DNA of 63,343 nucleotides, the filler included, from Octopus bimaculoides (lineage: Eukaryota), in assembly GCF_001194135.2 (NCBI RefSeq). It is 4 parts of 3 records of this genome, joined end to end, with 100 filler letters (N's around TTAATTAATTAA, not from the genome) between each part and the next. Parts side by side here need not be neighbours in the genome. Positions count along the whole stretch, not along the records: positions 26,715 to 54,043 come from NC_068981.1; 3 more parts are not named here. One strand, given 5' to 3'. Numbering within the stretch: the stretch's first letter is position 1; every line of letters begins with the position of its first letter. Below the pieces are notes generated by a model. The model was given only the letters and a program-made list of their open reading frames with translations, ran no database searches and was not told the DNA's origin. Shown piece by piece: positions 40,642 through 54,143 of the stretch. A program made the translations under genes and the position numbers.

Positions 40642-41022
40642 TGGCAGTGTGGTAACTAGCTTGCTTACCAACCACATGGTTCTGGGTTCAGTCCCACTAC
40701 GTGGAACATTGGGCAAGTGTCTTCTGCTATAGCCTCGGGTCGACCAAAGCCTTGTGAGTGGACTTGGTAGATGGAAACTGAAAGAATCCCATCGTATATA
40801 TATATGTGTGTGTGTGTGCGTGTGTGTTTGTGTGTCTGTTTGTCCCCCCACCAACGGATGTTGGTGTGTCTACGTTCCCGTAATTTAGTGGTTCGGCAAA
40901 CAAGATTGATAGAATAAGTACTAGGCTTACAAGGAATAAGTTCTGGGGTAGATTTGTTCGAGTAAAGGCGGTGATCCAGCATGACCACAGTCAAATGACT
41001 GAAACAAATAAAAGAGTAAAAG
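40642..41022 (+). mobile_element. SINE family A, near full length
   Basis: Colinear similarity. Confidence 0.9.
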
Positions 41023-41719
41023 GATATTATAATTTTACTAAACAGAACAGTTTTTTTTTTTTTTTGCCCTGTTTCATTATCCACAGCTCTCCACTTCTAT
41101 TATAAACAATAGATAAGCAGAAAGCACTCATTTGCAGAATCGGTAGAACATTTGACAGAATGATTTGTGTTATTTGATTAGATCCTTTATCGCTGTGAGT
41201 TCTGGGTCCAACCTGTTTAGGTTGGCTTCGACTTCTCATTCTCCTACAGTCGATAACATAAAACAACAGTTTAATAATGGCGTTAATTCAATCGATTCTC
41301 TCTCCAAAAATGTATGCCCTTGTGCCGATGTTAGAAATCCAATTTTGAATAGGAATAAATATGCCTCACGTTCTTTTTGTCTTGTTTTGCCTACCATTTG
41401 TTTTAGGAACTTTTGTTGTTGGGTACCACCCGGTTGGGTACCACTAAATGTCCCTTACTTACCTCTAACTGAATTTCCTCTGTAGTAAACATTATGTAGA
41501 GGTACGTGTGCGTATATGCTTGTTTACGTGTCTGTAGGCACACGTGGAATGTCTGTATGTACGATTAAACACACACACACACACACACACACACATCCAA
41601 ATTAATGTTTAACTTCCTCCCACCAGTGTCGTAGGACCTTAAAAATAAGGATCAAGTATGCTGTCCTTTCTTCCCTGGATAACCTATGAAAAATCTATGT
41701 GAGCAGAACTGTAAAATAA

Positions 41720-42126
41720 GTTTCAATTTTGGCACAAGGCCAGCAATTTAGGGGGAGGGATTCAGTCGATTACATCGACCTCAGTGTCCAACTAGTACTT
41801 ATTTTATCAATCTGGAAAGGATTAAAGGCAAACTCACCTCGGTTGAATTTGAACTCAGACTGTGAAGACGGATGAAATGCCGCTAAACATTTTTGTCCGG
41901 CGTGCTAACGATTCTTTACTAATCTAGGCACAAGGCCCGAAATTTTGAGGGAGGGGGCTAGTCGATTAGATCGACCCAGTACGCAACTGGTACTTAATTT
42001 TATCGACCCCGAAAGGATAAAAAACGAAGTCGACCCCGGTGGAATTTGAACTCAGAACGTAACGGCAGACGAAATACCGCTAAGCATTTCACCCGGTGTG
42101 CTAACTTTTTTGCCAGTTCGCCGTCC
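41720..42126 (-). mobile_element. Family-B SINE dimer
   Basis: The tail CCTAGATTAGTAAAG joins AATCGTTAGCAC inside the head of the second copy. Confidence 0.8.
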
Positions 42127-43446
42127 TAGTTAATTAGGAATTTATTCAAGATATTCCCCTTTCAGATTCACACACATATTGCAGCGTTCCTTCAGTTTTT
42201 CTAACCTCTGTAAAAAAACTCGAAACGTTGGTCCGCCAACCAGGCCTTTCGCGATAACCTTAAAGCCAGGGACTTTTCAGCATGCTTTCGTATGTACTTA
42301 AAATATGAATAAAATATTTCCGTTTCCGATTGATCTGCAAACATTATCTACCTATGCAATAAACATGTCAATAGCCAAAGAGATAGATTATTTTCCTATC
42401 TTTCATTTATAAATATTGATTTCTTATTTTCGCATTGGCATGGGGCCACAGGGTTTTAGAGCAAAAGGACATCCCAATGTAATGTCTAGCTAAAGCTTAT
42501 GAGGTCATTGACGTGTGTATATTTTATGTTTGTTTTGACTGGAACAGAGGAGACAGTGATTTTTAGTATGTTGTTATAGTAATTGTTCTGCCGTGTTGTA
42601 AAAGAATATTGGGAGGTCGGGTTAGAAGTGATATAGCTGGTGGTGGTGGTGATCTTGGTGGCGGCAGTGGTGGTTGTGGTGGTGGTGGTGGTGGTGNNNN
42701 NNNNNNNNNNNNNNNNNNNNNNNNNNNNNNNNNNNNNNNNNNNNNNNNNNNNNNNNNNNNNNNNNNNNNNNNNNNNNNNNNNNNNNNNNNNNNNNNNNNN
42801 NNNNNNNNNNNNNNNNNNNNNNNNNNNNNNNNNNNNNNNNNNNNNNNNNNNNNNNNNNNNNNNNNNNNNNNNNNNNNNNNNNNNNNNNNNNNNNNNNNNN
42901 NNNNNNNNNNNNNNNNNNNNNNNNNNNNNNNNNNNNNNNNNNNNNNNNNNNNNNNNNNNNNNNNNNNNNNNNNNNNNNNNNNNNNNNNNNNNNNNNNNNN
43001 NNNNNNNNNNNNNNNNNNNNNNNNNNNNNNNNNNNNNNNNNNNNNNNNNNNNNNNNNNNNNNNNNNNNNNNNNNNNNNNNNNNNNNNNNNNNNNNNNNNN
43101 NNNNNNNNNNNNNNNNNNNNNNNNNNNNNNNNNNNNNNNNNNNNNNNNNNNNNNNNNNNNNNNNNNNNNNNNNNNNNNNNNNNNNNNNNNNNNNNNNNNN
43201 NNNNNNNNNNNNNNNNNNNNNNNNNNNNNNNNNNNNNNNNNNNNNNNNNNNNNNNNNNNNNNNNNNNNNNNNNNNNNNNNNNNNNNNNNNNNNNNNNNNN
43301 NNNNNNNNNNNNNNNNNNNNNNNNNNNNNNNNNNNNNNNNNNNNNNNNNNNNNNNNNNNNNNNNNNNNNNNNNNNNNNNNNNNNNNNNNNNNNNNNNNNN
43401 NNNNNNNNNNNNNNNNNNNNNNNNNNNNNNNNNNNNNNNNNNNNNN

Positions 43447-43495
<49 letters not shown>

Positions 43496-43514
43496 TACAT
43501 ACATACATACATGC

Positions 43515-43953
43515 ATACGTACATAGTGGGCGCTTTCTCGTATGTGAGCAAAGCCATTGCTTAAAAGAATCATTGAAATGAGTCATTGATGATGCAATGT
43601 AAGGACCTTATATGACTCTTGAGCGCTGCCAAAGATTTGCACGTTTTATTGCATAATGTACAGTAGTGCTGGCTGGCAGAAGGAAAAAGTGCCACAATAT
43701 GAAGTCTTTTGACATGTCTTTTTAATCTTCCAACTGAATGGCAGGCCTTTCCACAGATTGCACAAGTTCGGTTGTGAACAATAGCTGTATCATAATTTAC
43801 AAGGGGTCGATTCGCGTGGCTTCTTTGGTGATTGACCAGGCCTGCACTACTTAAGCATTGCCTCCTACGAATCACACACATGAAAATCTATACTTCGTCA
43901 TCTTCTACTGGTTCATTCTTTCTAAGCTTTCTCCTGATCTTCTCGTATTTCAT

Positions 43954-43956
<3 letters not shown>
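43515..43956 (-). mobile_element. 3' end of an RTE-clade LINE with three C2H2 zinc fingers (decayed)
   Basis: Basic run KYEKIRRKLRK, in-frame TAG at 43888-43890, then C-X2-(C>R)-X12-H-X3-H and two C-X2-C-X12-H-X4-H fingers with the KxCxSxxxLxxH pattern; short 3' UTR and (ATGT)n tail. Confidence 0.7.
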
Positions 43957-44016
<60 letters not shown>

Positions 44017-44682
44017 GCGAGTGTCTTTGTGTTTTTGTCCCCCACCCCCGCTTAACAACCAATGTTGGTCTGTTTACGTTTCAGTAACATAGCGATTTGA
44101 CAAAAGGGACAGATGTAATAAGGATAGAAAGCATAGTCTAATGCTGTTGAGAATATGAAATCAAAATGCTTGTACCTGGAATACAAGTCACAAATGTATA
44201 AATCTTAAATACAGCATATAATACGATATCGATAGTGTAGATATTAATTACTAGTAAACTAACATATATAAATTGGAAACTAATAAATAAAGCATCACAA
44301 AAATGCTATAACAAAACTCATAAAAGGTAAACATTAATATATACGATAAAAACTGAAAGAAATGAATAATTATCGATATATTAAATAATATAGATATATA
44401 ACTTATATGAATAAATTAAATACTGGGAAATAAAACATTATAAACATAGCTTGATTCGAAAGGTTGAAATTCGAAAGTATTAAAGTGATTCCAAGTGAAT
44501 ACTATGCGCGTGTGTGTGTGCAGTATTTGGTGTTAGTGTATGTATGTATGTATGTATGTATGTATGTATGTATGTATGTATGNNNNNNNNNNNNNNNNNN
44601 NNNNNNNNTGTGTGTGTGTGTGTGAGTGTGTGTGTGTGTATGTGCGCGTGCGCGCGCATATGTGTGTGTATATGTGTGTGTA

Positions 44683-44717
<35 letters not shown>

Positions 44718-44839
44718 ATTCGTATTTCTTCTCCCCACTGTTTATATGATACAGGGTCTAAATTTGAACATATGAATATGAATATACCGAGCATTTTAGT
44801 AAATTGCACTTGGTTTATTTTCTAAAATCCTTTCTACTA

Positions 44840-44990
44840 GAAGCACAAGACCTCAAATTTGGGAGGAAGGGATTAAGTCGATTACATCGACTCTAGTACG
44901 TAACTGGTACTAATTTTATCGACCCCGAAAAGGATGAAAGGCAAAGTCGACCTCGGCGGAATTTGATCTCAAAGCCTAACGGCGGACGGA
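44840..44990 (-). mobile_element. SINE family B, partial
   Basis: Core present, head truncated. Confidence 0.75.
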
Positions 44991-45115
44991 TACAGCCCAG
45001 CGGAAATACCTATTCATAAAGGCTCAAAGAAAAAAAGAATTAAAATCAATTAAATTTTCCATCAGCTTATCAATCGCTCTATATACATCAATTCTGCCTC
45101 TTATCTATTTGCCTG

Positions 45116-45174
<59 letters not shown>

Positions 45175-45852
45175 GTTCGTCTGTCTGTCTGTTTCTTTCT
45201 ACTTATCTGACTATTTATCTAACTACTCATCTATCCTTTTAACTGTCTATCTATCTTTGTCTGGCCACCCGAATATTTATAAATNNNNNNNNNNNNNNNN
45301 NNNNNNNNNNNNNNNNNNNNNNNNNNNNNNNNNNNNNNNNNNNNNNNNNNNNNNNNNNNNNNNNNNNNNNNNNNNNNNNNNNNNNNNNNNNNNNNNNNNN
45401 NNNNNNNNNNNNNNNNNNNNNNNNNNNNNNNNNNNNNNNNNNNNNNNNNNNNNNNNNNNNNNNNNNNNNNNNNNNNNNNNNNNNNNNNNNNNNNNNNNNN
45501 NNNNNNNNNNNNNNNNNNNNNNNNNNNNNNNNNNNNNNNNNNNNNNNNNNNNNNNNNNNNNNNNNNNNNNNNNNNNNNNNNNNNNNNNNNNNNNNNNNNN
45601 NNNNNNNNNNNNNNNNNNNNNNNNNNNNNNNNNNNNNNNNNNNNNNNNNNNNNNNNNNNNNNNNNNNNNNNNNNNNNNNNNNNNNNNNNNNNNNNNNNNN
45701 NNNNNNNNNNNNNNNNNNNNNNNNNNNNNNNNNNNNNNNNNNNNNNNNNNNNNNNNNNNNNNNNNNNNNNNNNNNNNNNNNNNNNNNNNNNNNNNNNNNN
45801 NNNNNNNNNNNNNNNNNNNNNNNNNNNNNNNNNNNNNNNNNNNNNNNNNNNN

Positions 45853-45896
<44 letters not shown>

Positions 45897-46175
45897 TATA
45901 TATATGTATATATCTATGTACATGTGAATATATGTATATATACATGTATGTATGTATTCACATACACACATACATACACATATGCATACACACACAAGAC
46001 CGGTAAACTTAATCCTTTCCAGTCAGCGTGAAGTTACATGATACTTCAAGAGTTTATCTGTTGTCAAGCGTCCTCTGGTAGCTGCGCAGGCAAAACAGCC
46101 GTTAGACAATGAGTTGTGACTGTAAATGGCCTCGCCACCTACAAACACATTACGAACAGTTATCAAATAATAATG

Positions 46176-46245
<70 letters not shown>

Positions 46246-46369
46246 TAATAATAATAATGACACTGATAATGATGGTGGTGATGACGATGATGAATATATA
46301 AATGAAAATTCAAGCAATAAAATATTTTTAAAATATAGAGAGATGGAACAAAGCAACAGCGTATAAATG

Positions 46370-46422
<53 letters not shown>

Positions 46423-46847
46423 ATATAATAAATATATATATATTTATATATATATAATGTATATATATAATATACATAATTTTATATATATAATATATAT
46501 ATATGTAATAAATTAGAAGCTCATAAAAAGAAGCTAGGTAGATATGTTGTTGAATGGTAATATAGGTATGGTAACATGAAACGAAGGTATGACGAGGTGA
46601 ACGTCACACGGATAACAACAGCGGCTAAGAGGAGGATCCAAAAAGCAATATTAAATAAGGTGGGTTTTTTTTTGTTTTTAAATCATATAAGATATAAATA
46701 AATACATACAGCAGGAACATATAGGTGGGAGGATAAAAGTTGGCTTAAGGGAGATTGGATAACAATAGATTTTTGCATGCTTCCTTACATTTCTTGATAT
46801 ATTTGTGATGAAAAATGGTGATTTATGTGGCAACGTTAACCACAGTT

Positions 46848-47485
46848 AAGGCGGTGAGCTGGCAGAAACGTTAGCACATCGGGCGAAATGCTTAGTGGTA
46901 TTTCGTCTGCCGTTATGTTCTGAGTTCAAATTCTGCCGTGATCGACTTTGCTTTTCGGGGTCGATAAATCATGTACCAGTTACGCACTGGGGTCAATGTA
47001 ATCGACTTAACCCCTTTGTCCTTGTTTGTCCCCTCTGTGTTTAGCCCCTTGTGGGCAATAAAGAAAAAAGAAACGTTAGCACACCGGGCTAAATGCTTAG
47101 CGGTATTTCGTCTGCCTTTACGTTCTGAATTCAAATTCCGTCGAGATCGACTTTGCCTTTCATCCTTTCGGGGTCGATAAATCAAGTACCAGTTACGCAC
47201 TGGGGTCGATGTAATCGACTTAATCCCTTTGTTTGTCCTTGTTTGTCTCCTCTATGTTTAGCCCCTTGTGGGCAATAAAGAAACAAGAACCGTTAGCACA
47301 CTGGACAAAATGCTTAAGTGCATTTGTCCGTCTTAACGTTCTGAGTTCAAATTCCGTCGAAGTCAATTTTGCCTTTCATCCTTTCGGGGGTCGATAAAAT
47401 AAGCAACAGTTGAGCACAGGTGTCGAAGTAATCGACTTTACCTCTCTCACGAAATTACTGGCCGTGTGCCATAATTCGAAACCAA
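46848..47485 (+). mobile_element. Family-B SINE trimer
   Basis: Two long-tail monomers are each followed by AGAAACGTTAGCACA-like head sequence (46864, 47069, 47286). Confidence 0.85.
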
Positions 47486-48332
47486 CAGTTCAGCTCTATA
47501 ATCAAAGGTATTCCAGCCGCCTTATTCTTTCAAGTATCTAGTACAACCTTAATACAACATAAATGTGAAGTATGATTTAAAAGAAATTTAACTGCCATGT
47601 CTAGTAGATCAAGAAACGAGAGACTCCCACGTTGACACCTAACGTAGTCTTTATTATTGTTGTTTAACCCTTGGTCATTCCTGGTTGAGCGCATCAAAGG
47701 TATTCAATTTTAGACTATCCCTTGTTCTTCCTGTTTGTAAGACATTCAAGATCACATCCAAACTATCTCTTTTTAAAGAGAGGTAGTGTATGATTTGAGG
47801 GAGATTTGGCTGCTCTTTTTACAGGTCGAGAGTAGAGGCTCTCACATAGAGTAGGTGATGGTGTTAGTAGTGGTGGTGGGGGTTGTTGCTGGTGGTCGTG
47901 TTGTTGCTATGCAGCCCCAGGTCAGACGGGGCTGAGCATATTGATAGTAAGTCCAACAGTGTGGCACAATGGAATTATTATACTTATTATCCAGGATGTG
48001 ACAGTTAGATGGAGAGGAGGCGACATCGGCACTCGACTAGTACTCAGTTACAACTGAGTAGATTGGAGAAACGGAGATTGAGATGCCTTGCTGAAAGACA
48101 CAACGTGTTACCCAACCAAGAAACTGAACCCATGTCTTCATTATCATAAACACCTCTATTCACTAAGCCACGTCTCAATTATCATCTTTAACAAATTGTA
48201 TTTGTTATCTGTGAAATTAACCAAATTCGAAAAAGACAAAAGATACTAAACCAATGCATCATACAATGAAAGGAAGAATATATTTAAATAATTTTTCTGT
48301 TAAAAATCATTTCAATATGATAAGCGAATTTA

Positions 48333-48545
48333 AGGCGGCGAGTTAGCAGAATTGTTAGTACGCCGCGCAAAATGCTTAACGGCATTTCTTTCGACTTTAT
48401 GTTCTGAGTTCAAATACCACCGGGAACAAATTTACCGTTCATCCTTTTTGGAATCGATAAAATAAGTACTAGATAAAATGAGTACTGAGGTCGATCTAAT
48501 CGACTCCACCGAAATTGCAGATAATGTGCCAAAATTTGAAACCAA
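48333..48545 (+). mobile_element. SINE family B
   Basis: Head, core and short tail. Confidence 0.8.
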
Positions 48546-49062
48546 TGTCATCAAACGAATTATCTGGCAGCAAACTGGCGGAGTCTCTAGTACATTGGAT
48601 ACAACGATTTACCAGATTTTTTCGTACAGTCGGCGCTCAAAGTTTAAATTTATTTGTAGTCAACGTTTATTTGTTTTTTTCTTTTATCATTTCGAGATCG
48701 ATGAAAATCTACCGATGTAGGGTGGTGGTTTAGGGGAACCTTAAGAATTCATGTTTTTTTTTTTGTTGTTCTGGTTCTTTACGTTAAAAAACCCCAGAAC
48801 AATTCAAATTCTGCATTGTAACCTGAATGGTAAATTTAATACCGCCTTGTACCTTGCGTATTTTTAGCAGAATCTGATTGTTCGTTGGGTGAATCAATTA
48901 ATCATCTAATTTTGTCGAAGTCCTTTCGTAGCCATTCTCGACCTCATCAATGGAATACCCTCTCTACTCTATGTCTTTTTTAAGAGATTATCAAGAAAAA
49001 TCAAACCCCTTCACTCCATCTTCACGCCATATGAATTTTTAATACACATGTATACTATTTAG

Positions 49063-49124
<62 letters not shown>

Positions 49125-50394
49125 ATAGACGTGAAGTTCTTGTATAAGTAGTAATTTGAGAAATAAATTTCGCGAAATTGAGAGAAACGAGCTGTTTAAT
49201 TGTCCTACATAATCGAGCGAGCTAAATGCTTGAGCCTCGACTATGATTATCGTTTCATCTAGTTTTATTATTATTATTATTATTATTGTTGTTGTTGCTG
49301 TTGTTGTTGATGATAGAAAGCAAACTGGTTAGTCGTTCAGAGTTTATAATGACAAATAGGTTGTCAATGAAACTCTATGATATTCTACGTGTTGAAATGG
49401 AGAGCCCAGATGCAATTGAAACCATATCTGGCCATATATTCGCTCGTATGTGGTTACAAGATTTGCTAGAGAAAGCAGCAAAAATCTCCCTCAAATAGCA
49501 CCCTACTGTCTTGAAAAAATATATGAAAGAAAGGAAAGACATTTTGTAGTTCTAGATAAATCATATCTAACATAAAAGATGTTATCTTCGTAGCTGAACG
49601 GGTCTTTGATCAAGAGTCTACTAGATCAGAGCTGACTAGGGTGTGAAATAGCAACAACAATGAATTCGTTGTTAGGCGCACGCATTATAAGCAATTTCGC
49701 TCGTACGAATTAATTCAAGCTGTGACATGTGCCCAGTGTATTATTTTCATTTTTTACTATGTACGAACGCTTCCTCCGTGGAATCCTCAGATGATGTTCT
49801 ACCAACAGACTTCTTCTTACCCTCAGCTGCCACTCATATTGTCTTCATGAAATACCCAGATGGCGTATCCACTTCTAGGTTTCAACACATTCTCATTCTC
49901 TTTCTCTTCTCCCTCCTGACTGTCTTTCTCTCTCTCTCTCTATCATTTGATCACTCGCTCTTTCTCCAGCACAGCTGGCGCCTGCAACACTCTATCCGTA
50001 CATGTCCTTCGTTCATTTTATGATGTGTAGAAGTTTATGGCTAAGAAGGGGCGATGGCCTCTATAGAAGACATGCATGTATACATTTCACCGCCCACTTT
50101 TCATTCCTAAAGGCATTGGGCCGATACCTTTATTCATCTAAAACTTTAAAATGCATAAAATATTTCTATTACCGTTTCAAAATCAAATTTGTTTTATTAA
50201 TTGTATGTGAGTGGTGTGTGTATGTGTGTCTGACTGTGTGTGCATGTGTGTGTGTGCCTGCTCGTGTGTATGAGTGTGTATGTTTCTGTGTGTGTGTGTT
50301 TGTGTATGTGTATCAATTCAATTATGAATATTACCACGCCCAGCATAAGGCAATTCTACAAATATACATACACATATACACATATATATGTGCG

Positions 50395-50436
<42 letters not shown>

Positions 50437-50487
50437 AANNNNNNNNNNNNNNNNNNNNNNNNNNNNNNNNNNNNNNNNNNNNNNNNN

Positions 50488-50526
<39 letters not shown>

Positions 50527-50801
50527 GTGTATGTATATATAAATACATACATATACGTGATGGGGGAGCGTGTGTGTGTAGTAAAATGTGGTAGAGAAGG
50601 CAGGGCAAGAAAAGAACATATAAGAAACGGGACAAACACACAAAGGGTATGGAAACGGTCATCCCTGATCAATCATCGACCAAAAATCATCACCATTTCG
50701 GCACCTTATCGATGATATCGTCACAAGATGAGTCAGAATAAGACAAGTACAAGAAAAAGAATTGGTCTCTAGACTAAACGGTAAATAAGACGAGCTATAT
50801 A

Positions 50802-50970
50802 GACGCAGGAGTGGCTGTGTGGTAAGTAGCTTGCTTACCAACCGCATCGTTCTCGGTTCAGTCCCACTGCGTGGTACCTTGGCCAAGTGCCTCCTGCAAT
50901 AGCCTCGGGCCGACCAAAGTCTTGAGTGGAATTGGTAGACGGAAACTGAAAGCAACGAGTCGTATATATA
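50802..50970 (+). mobile_element. SINE family A, head and core
   Basis: GACGCAGGAGTGGCTGTGTGGTAAG head. Confidence 0.85.
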
Positions 50971-51040
50971 TCATCATCATCATCATCATCATCGTTTAAC
51001 GTCCCCTTTCCATGCTAGCACGGGTTGGACGATTTGACTG
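50971..51040 (-). mobile_element. Extreme 3' end of a LINE with (GAT)n tail
   Basis: Minus strand CAAATCGTCCAACCCGTGCTAGCATGGAAAGGGGACGTTAAAC(GAT)n; RTE-type assignment from memory. Confidence 0.55.
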
Positions 51041-52061
51041 AGAATTTTTGCTCTCACCATCAGCCAACTTTACAACTGTTACGTAATTCTGAGCCCTCAG
51101 AAAGAGCTGTCGGACCTGAAATGCCACGTTCTCTCCCCTGAAATCTTTTGTACTCCATGTAAGTCAGTTCTGAAAATATATAAATATCTATATGCTTATT
51201 TATGAATGTTTATCTTCTGAATATTGTCAGATTTTGTTTTTCTCAATATATATCGCTATATATATTTACATGTATATATGCATGTATATTTTATAAATCA
51301 AACCTAAGACTATTTATTTGCATCATTATCTCTTTCTGTCTGTCTGTTTGTCTCTCTCTCCCCCTCTCTCTCTATATATATACACACACACATATNNNNN
51401 NNNNNNNNNNNNNNNNNNNNNNNNNNNNNNNNNNNNNNNNNNNNNNNNNNNNNNNNNNNNNNNNNNNNNNNNNNNNNNNNNNNNNNNNNNNNNNNNNNNN
51501 NNNNNNNNNNNNNNNNNNNNNNNNNNNNNNNNNNNNNNNNNNNNNNNNNNNNNNNNNNNNNNNNNNNNNNNNNNNNNNNNNNNNNNNNNNNNNNNNNNNN
51601 NNNNNNNNNNNNNNNNNNNNNNNNNNNNNNNNNNNNNNNNNNNNNNNNNNNNNNNNNNNNNNNNNNNNNNNNNNNNNNNNNNNNNNNNNNNNNNNNNNNN
51701 NNNNNNNNNNNNNNNNNNNNNNNNNNNNNNNNNNNNNNNNNNNNNNNNNNNNNNNNNNNNNNNNNNNNNNNNNNNNNNNNNNNNNNNNNNNNNNNNNNNN
51801 NNNNNNNNNNNNNNNNNNNNNNNNNNNNNNNNNNNNNNNNNNNNNNNNNNNNNNNNNNNNNNNNNNNNNNNNNNNNNNNNNNNNNNNNNNNNNNNNNNNN
51901 NNNNNNNNNNNNNNNNNNNNNNNNNNNNNNNNNNNNNNNNNNNNNNNNNNNNNNNNNNNNNNNNNNNNNNNNNNNNNNNNNNNNNNNNNNNNNNNNNNNN
52001 NNNNNNNNNNNNNNNNNNNNNNNNNNNNNNNNNNNNNNNNNNNNNNNNNNNNNNNNNNNNN

Positions 52062-52358
52062 CGTGCAAGTGACTGAGCACTCCACAGACATGTGTACCCT
52101 TAACGTAGTTCTCGGGGATATTCAGCGTGACACAGTGTGACAAGGCTGGCCCTTTGAATTACAGGTACAACAGAAACAGGAAGAAAGAGTGAGAGAAAGT
52201 TGTGGTGGAAGAGTACAGCAGGTTTCGCCACCATCCCCTGCCGGAGCCTCGTGATGCTTTTATGTGTTTTCGCTCAATAAACATTCACAACGCCCGGTCT
52301 GGCAATCGAAACCGCGATCCTATGACCGCGAGTCGCTGCCCTAACCACTGGGCCTCCA
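52062..52358 (-). mobile_element. SINE family C with 3' part shared with the CORE-like family
   Basis: Head as at 13958; 3' part matches 52955-53070 in inverted orientation. Confidence 0.8.
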
Positions 52359-52374
52359 CAATCCCACATGTATT

Positions 52375-52760
52375 CAACTACAATAATACAGCTTCTTTGC
52401 TACAGCTAATGGATCAAGGTATGATAGTTAATTTCAAGGCATATTATCTGAGAGGAACTTTCAAATAGGTTATGAAAGCAATTGAAAGGCAAAATAAACC
52501 TGTAGTTACACATTGCTGTATCAAGTTCGATGTGATAGGTACTACGGATAACATAACCGAAAGGTTCTTAGAGAAATAAGACCAGATTGTATCGATGACT
52601 TTACAAGTGTTCCGTAAGTAAAAAGTCTACACTAAATTGGAAAATATTTTGTGATGCTTGAATATGATGAAGGATTTGAAGAAGTCGTAGACGAGCTGCT
52701 AGTATGTCATAGAGAAAGTATACCTAACAAGGAACTGGTGTAATTAGAATAAGAGCAAGC
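52375..52760 (+). mobile_element. Degenerate Tigger/pogo transposase fragment
   Basis: NTASLLQLMDQGMIVNFKAYYLRGTF matches the Tigger DDE motif NTTSLLQPMDQGVIxxFKAYYLRRTF; EGFEEVVDELLVCHRESIPNKEL matches the C-terminal acidic motif. Stops and frameshifts present. Confidence 0.8.
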
Positions 52761-52879
52761 TGAGGATAGAGATGGAAACTCCACCAATCCCTACTTAAAT
52801 TGATAAAAATACACCCAAAAGCAAAAAATCCCCACACAAATATGTGTCTGTGTGTATGTATGTCGTGAATTCGAAAACC

Positions 52880-53110
52880 GTCGGTGTGTTGTATTATTGA
52901 ACAAGATACTTTATTTCACGTTGCCTCAGTCCAGTCAGCTGGCAAAAGAGAGGTAGTACCTGTATTTCAATGGGTCAGCCTTGTCACATTCTGTATCACG
53001 CTGAATCCTCCTGAGAACTACGTTAAGGGTACAAGTGTCGTGTCTGTGGGGCGCTCAGTCACTTGCATATTATTTTCGCGAGCAAGCTGTTCTGCTGATC
53101 GGATCAACTC
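52880..53110 (+). mobile_element. CORE-like SINE
   Basis: Similar to 57770-58065. Confidence 0.75.
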
Positions 53111-54008
53111 GTAGTCATAAACAAGGGTGTGGTATACATNNNNNNNNNNNNNNNNNNNNNNNNNNNNNNNNNNNNNNNNNNNNNNNNNNNNNNNNNNNNN
53201 NNNNNNNNNNNNNNNNNNNNNNNNNNNNNNNNNNNNNNNNNNNNNNNNNNNNNNNNNNNNNNNNNNNNNNNNNNNNNNNNNNNNNNNNNNNNNNNNNNNN
53301 NNNNNNNNNNNNNNNNNNNNNNNNNNNNNNNNNNNNNNNNNNNNNNNNNNNNNNNNNNNNNNNNNNNNNNNNNNNNNNNNNNNNNNNNNNNNNNNNNNNN
53401 NNNNNNNNNNNNNNNNNNNNNNNNNNNNNNNNNNNNNNNNNNNNNNNNNNNNNNNNNNNNNNNNNNNNNNNNNNNNNNNNNNNNNNNNNNNNNNNNNNNN
53501 NNNNNNNNNNNNNNNNNNNNNNNNNNNNNNNNNNNNNNNNNNNNNNNNNNNNNNNNNNNNNNNNNNNNNNNNNNNNNNNNNNNNNNNNNNNNNNNNNNNN
53601 NNNNNNNNNNNNNNNNNNNNNNNNNNNNNNNNNNNNNNNNNNNNNNNNNNNNNNNNNNNNNNNNNNNNNNNNNNNNAAAAGGAAGTTCCTACATTTCCTT
53701 ACCATGTCTATTACACCACATTACATTATTTTGTTCTTATTTTTACCTATTTTATTCTATCTTACCTTATTTTACTCTACTCTATTATTCTAACTGAATT
53801 TCCCATATGTTAGTTTCCTAAAATGTGTACTCTCTGAAGAAGCCTTGAGACTCAACAATTATCTAATCTCTGTCCAATGTTTGTTCATCCCTGTATATCA
53901 CTGACGTGATGATGATGACTTGGAAGATTTTAAGGCCTCATGATAGAAACGGCCGTAAGGAATTTGTATCCGTACACTTATCTATTATTATTCATTCATT
54001 TCTCTCTC

Positions 54009-54043
<35 letters not shown>

Positions 54044-54143
54044 NNNNNNNNNNNNNNNNNNNNNNNNNNNNNNNNNNNNNNNNNNNNTTAATTAATTAAN
54101 NNNNNNNNNNNNNNNNNNNNNNNNNNNNNNNNNNNNNNNNNNN
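54044..54143. other. Artificial scaffold join N44-TTAATTAATTAA-N44
   Basis: Same 100-nt structure as at 8036. Confidence 0.97.

Noticed and set aside
46848-47485. Regularly spaced repeats superficially like a CRISPR or cassette array
   Set aside because: The units are about 210-bp homologous SINE monomers without unique spacers, in eukaryotic DNA.
50659-50790. Minus-strand candidate terminal exon for DRC2 (LETNSFSCTC... or CRNGDDFWSMIDQG*)
   Set aside because: Adjacent to a SINE, no resemblance to DRC2 and no clear polyA signal; weaker than the two candidates reported.
52569-52620. Apparent plus-strand exon EIRPDCIDDFTSVP with a gtaagt donor
   Set aside because: Lies inside the decayed Tigger transposase; the splice-like sites are probably coincidental.
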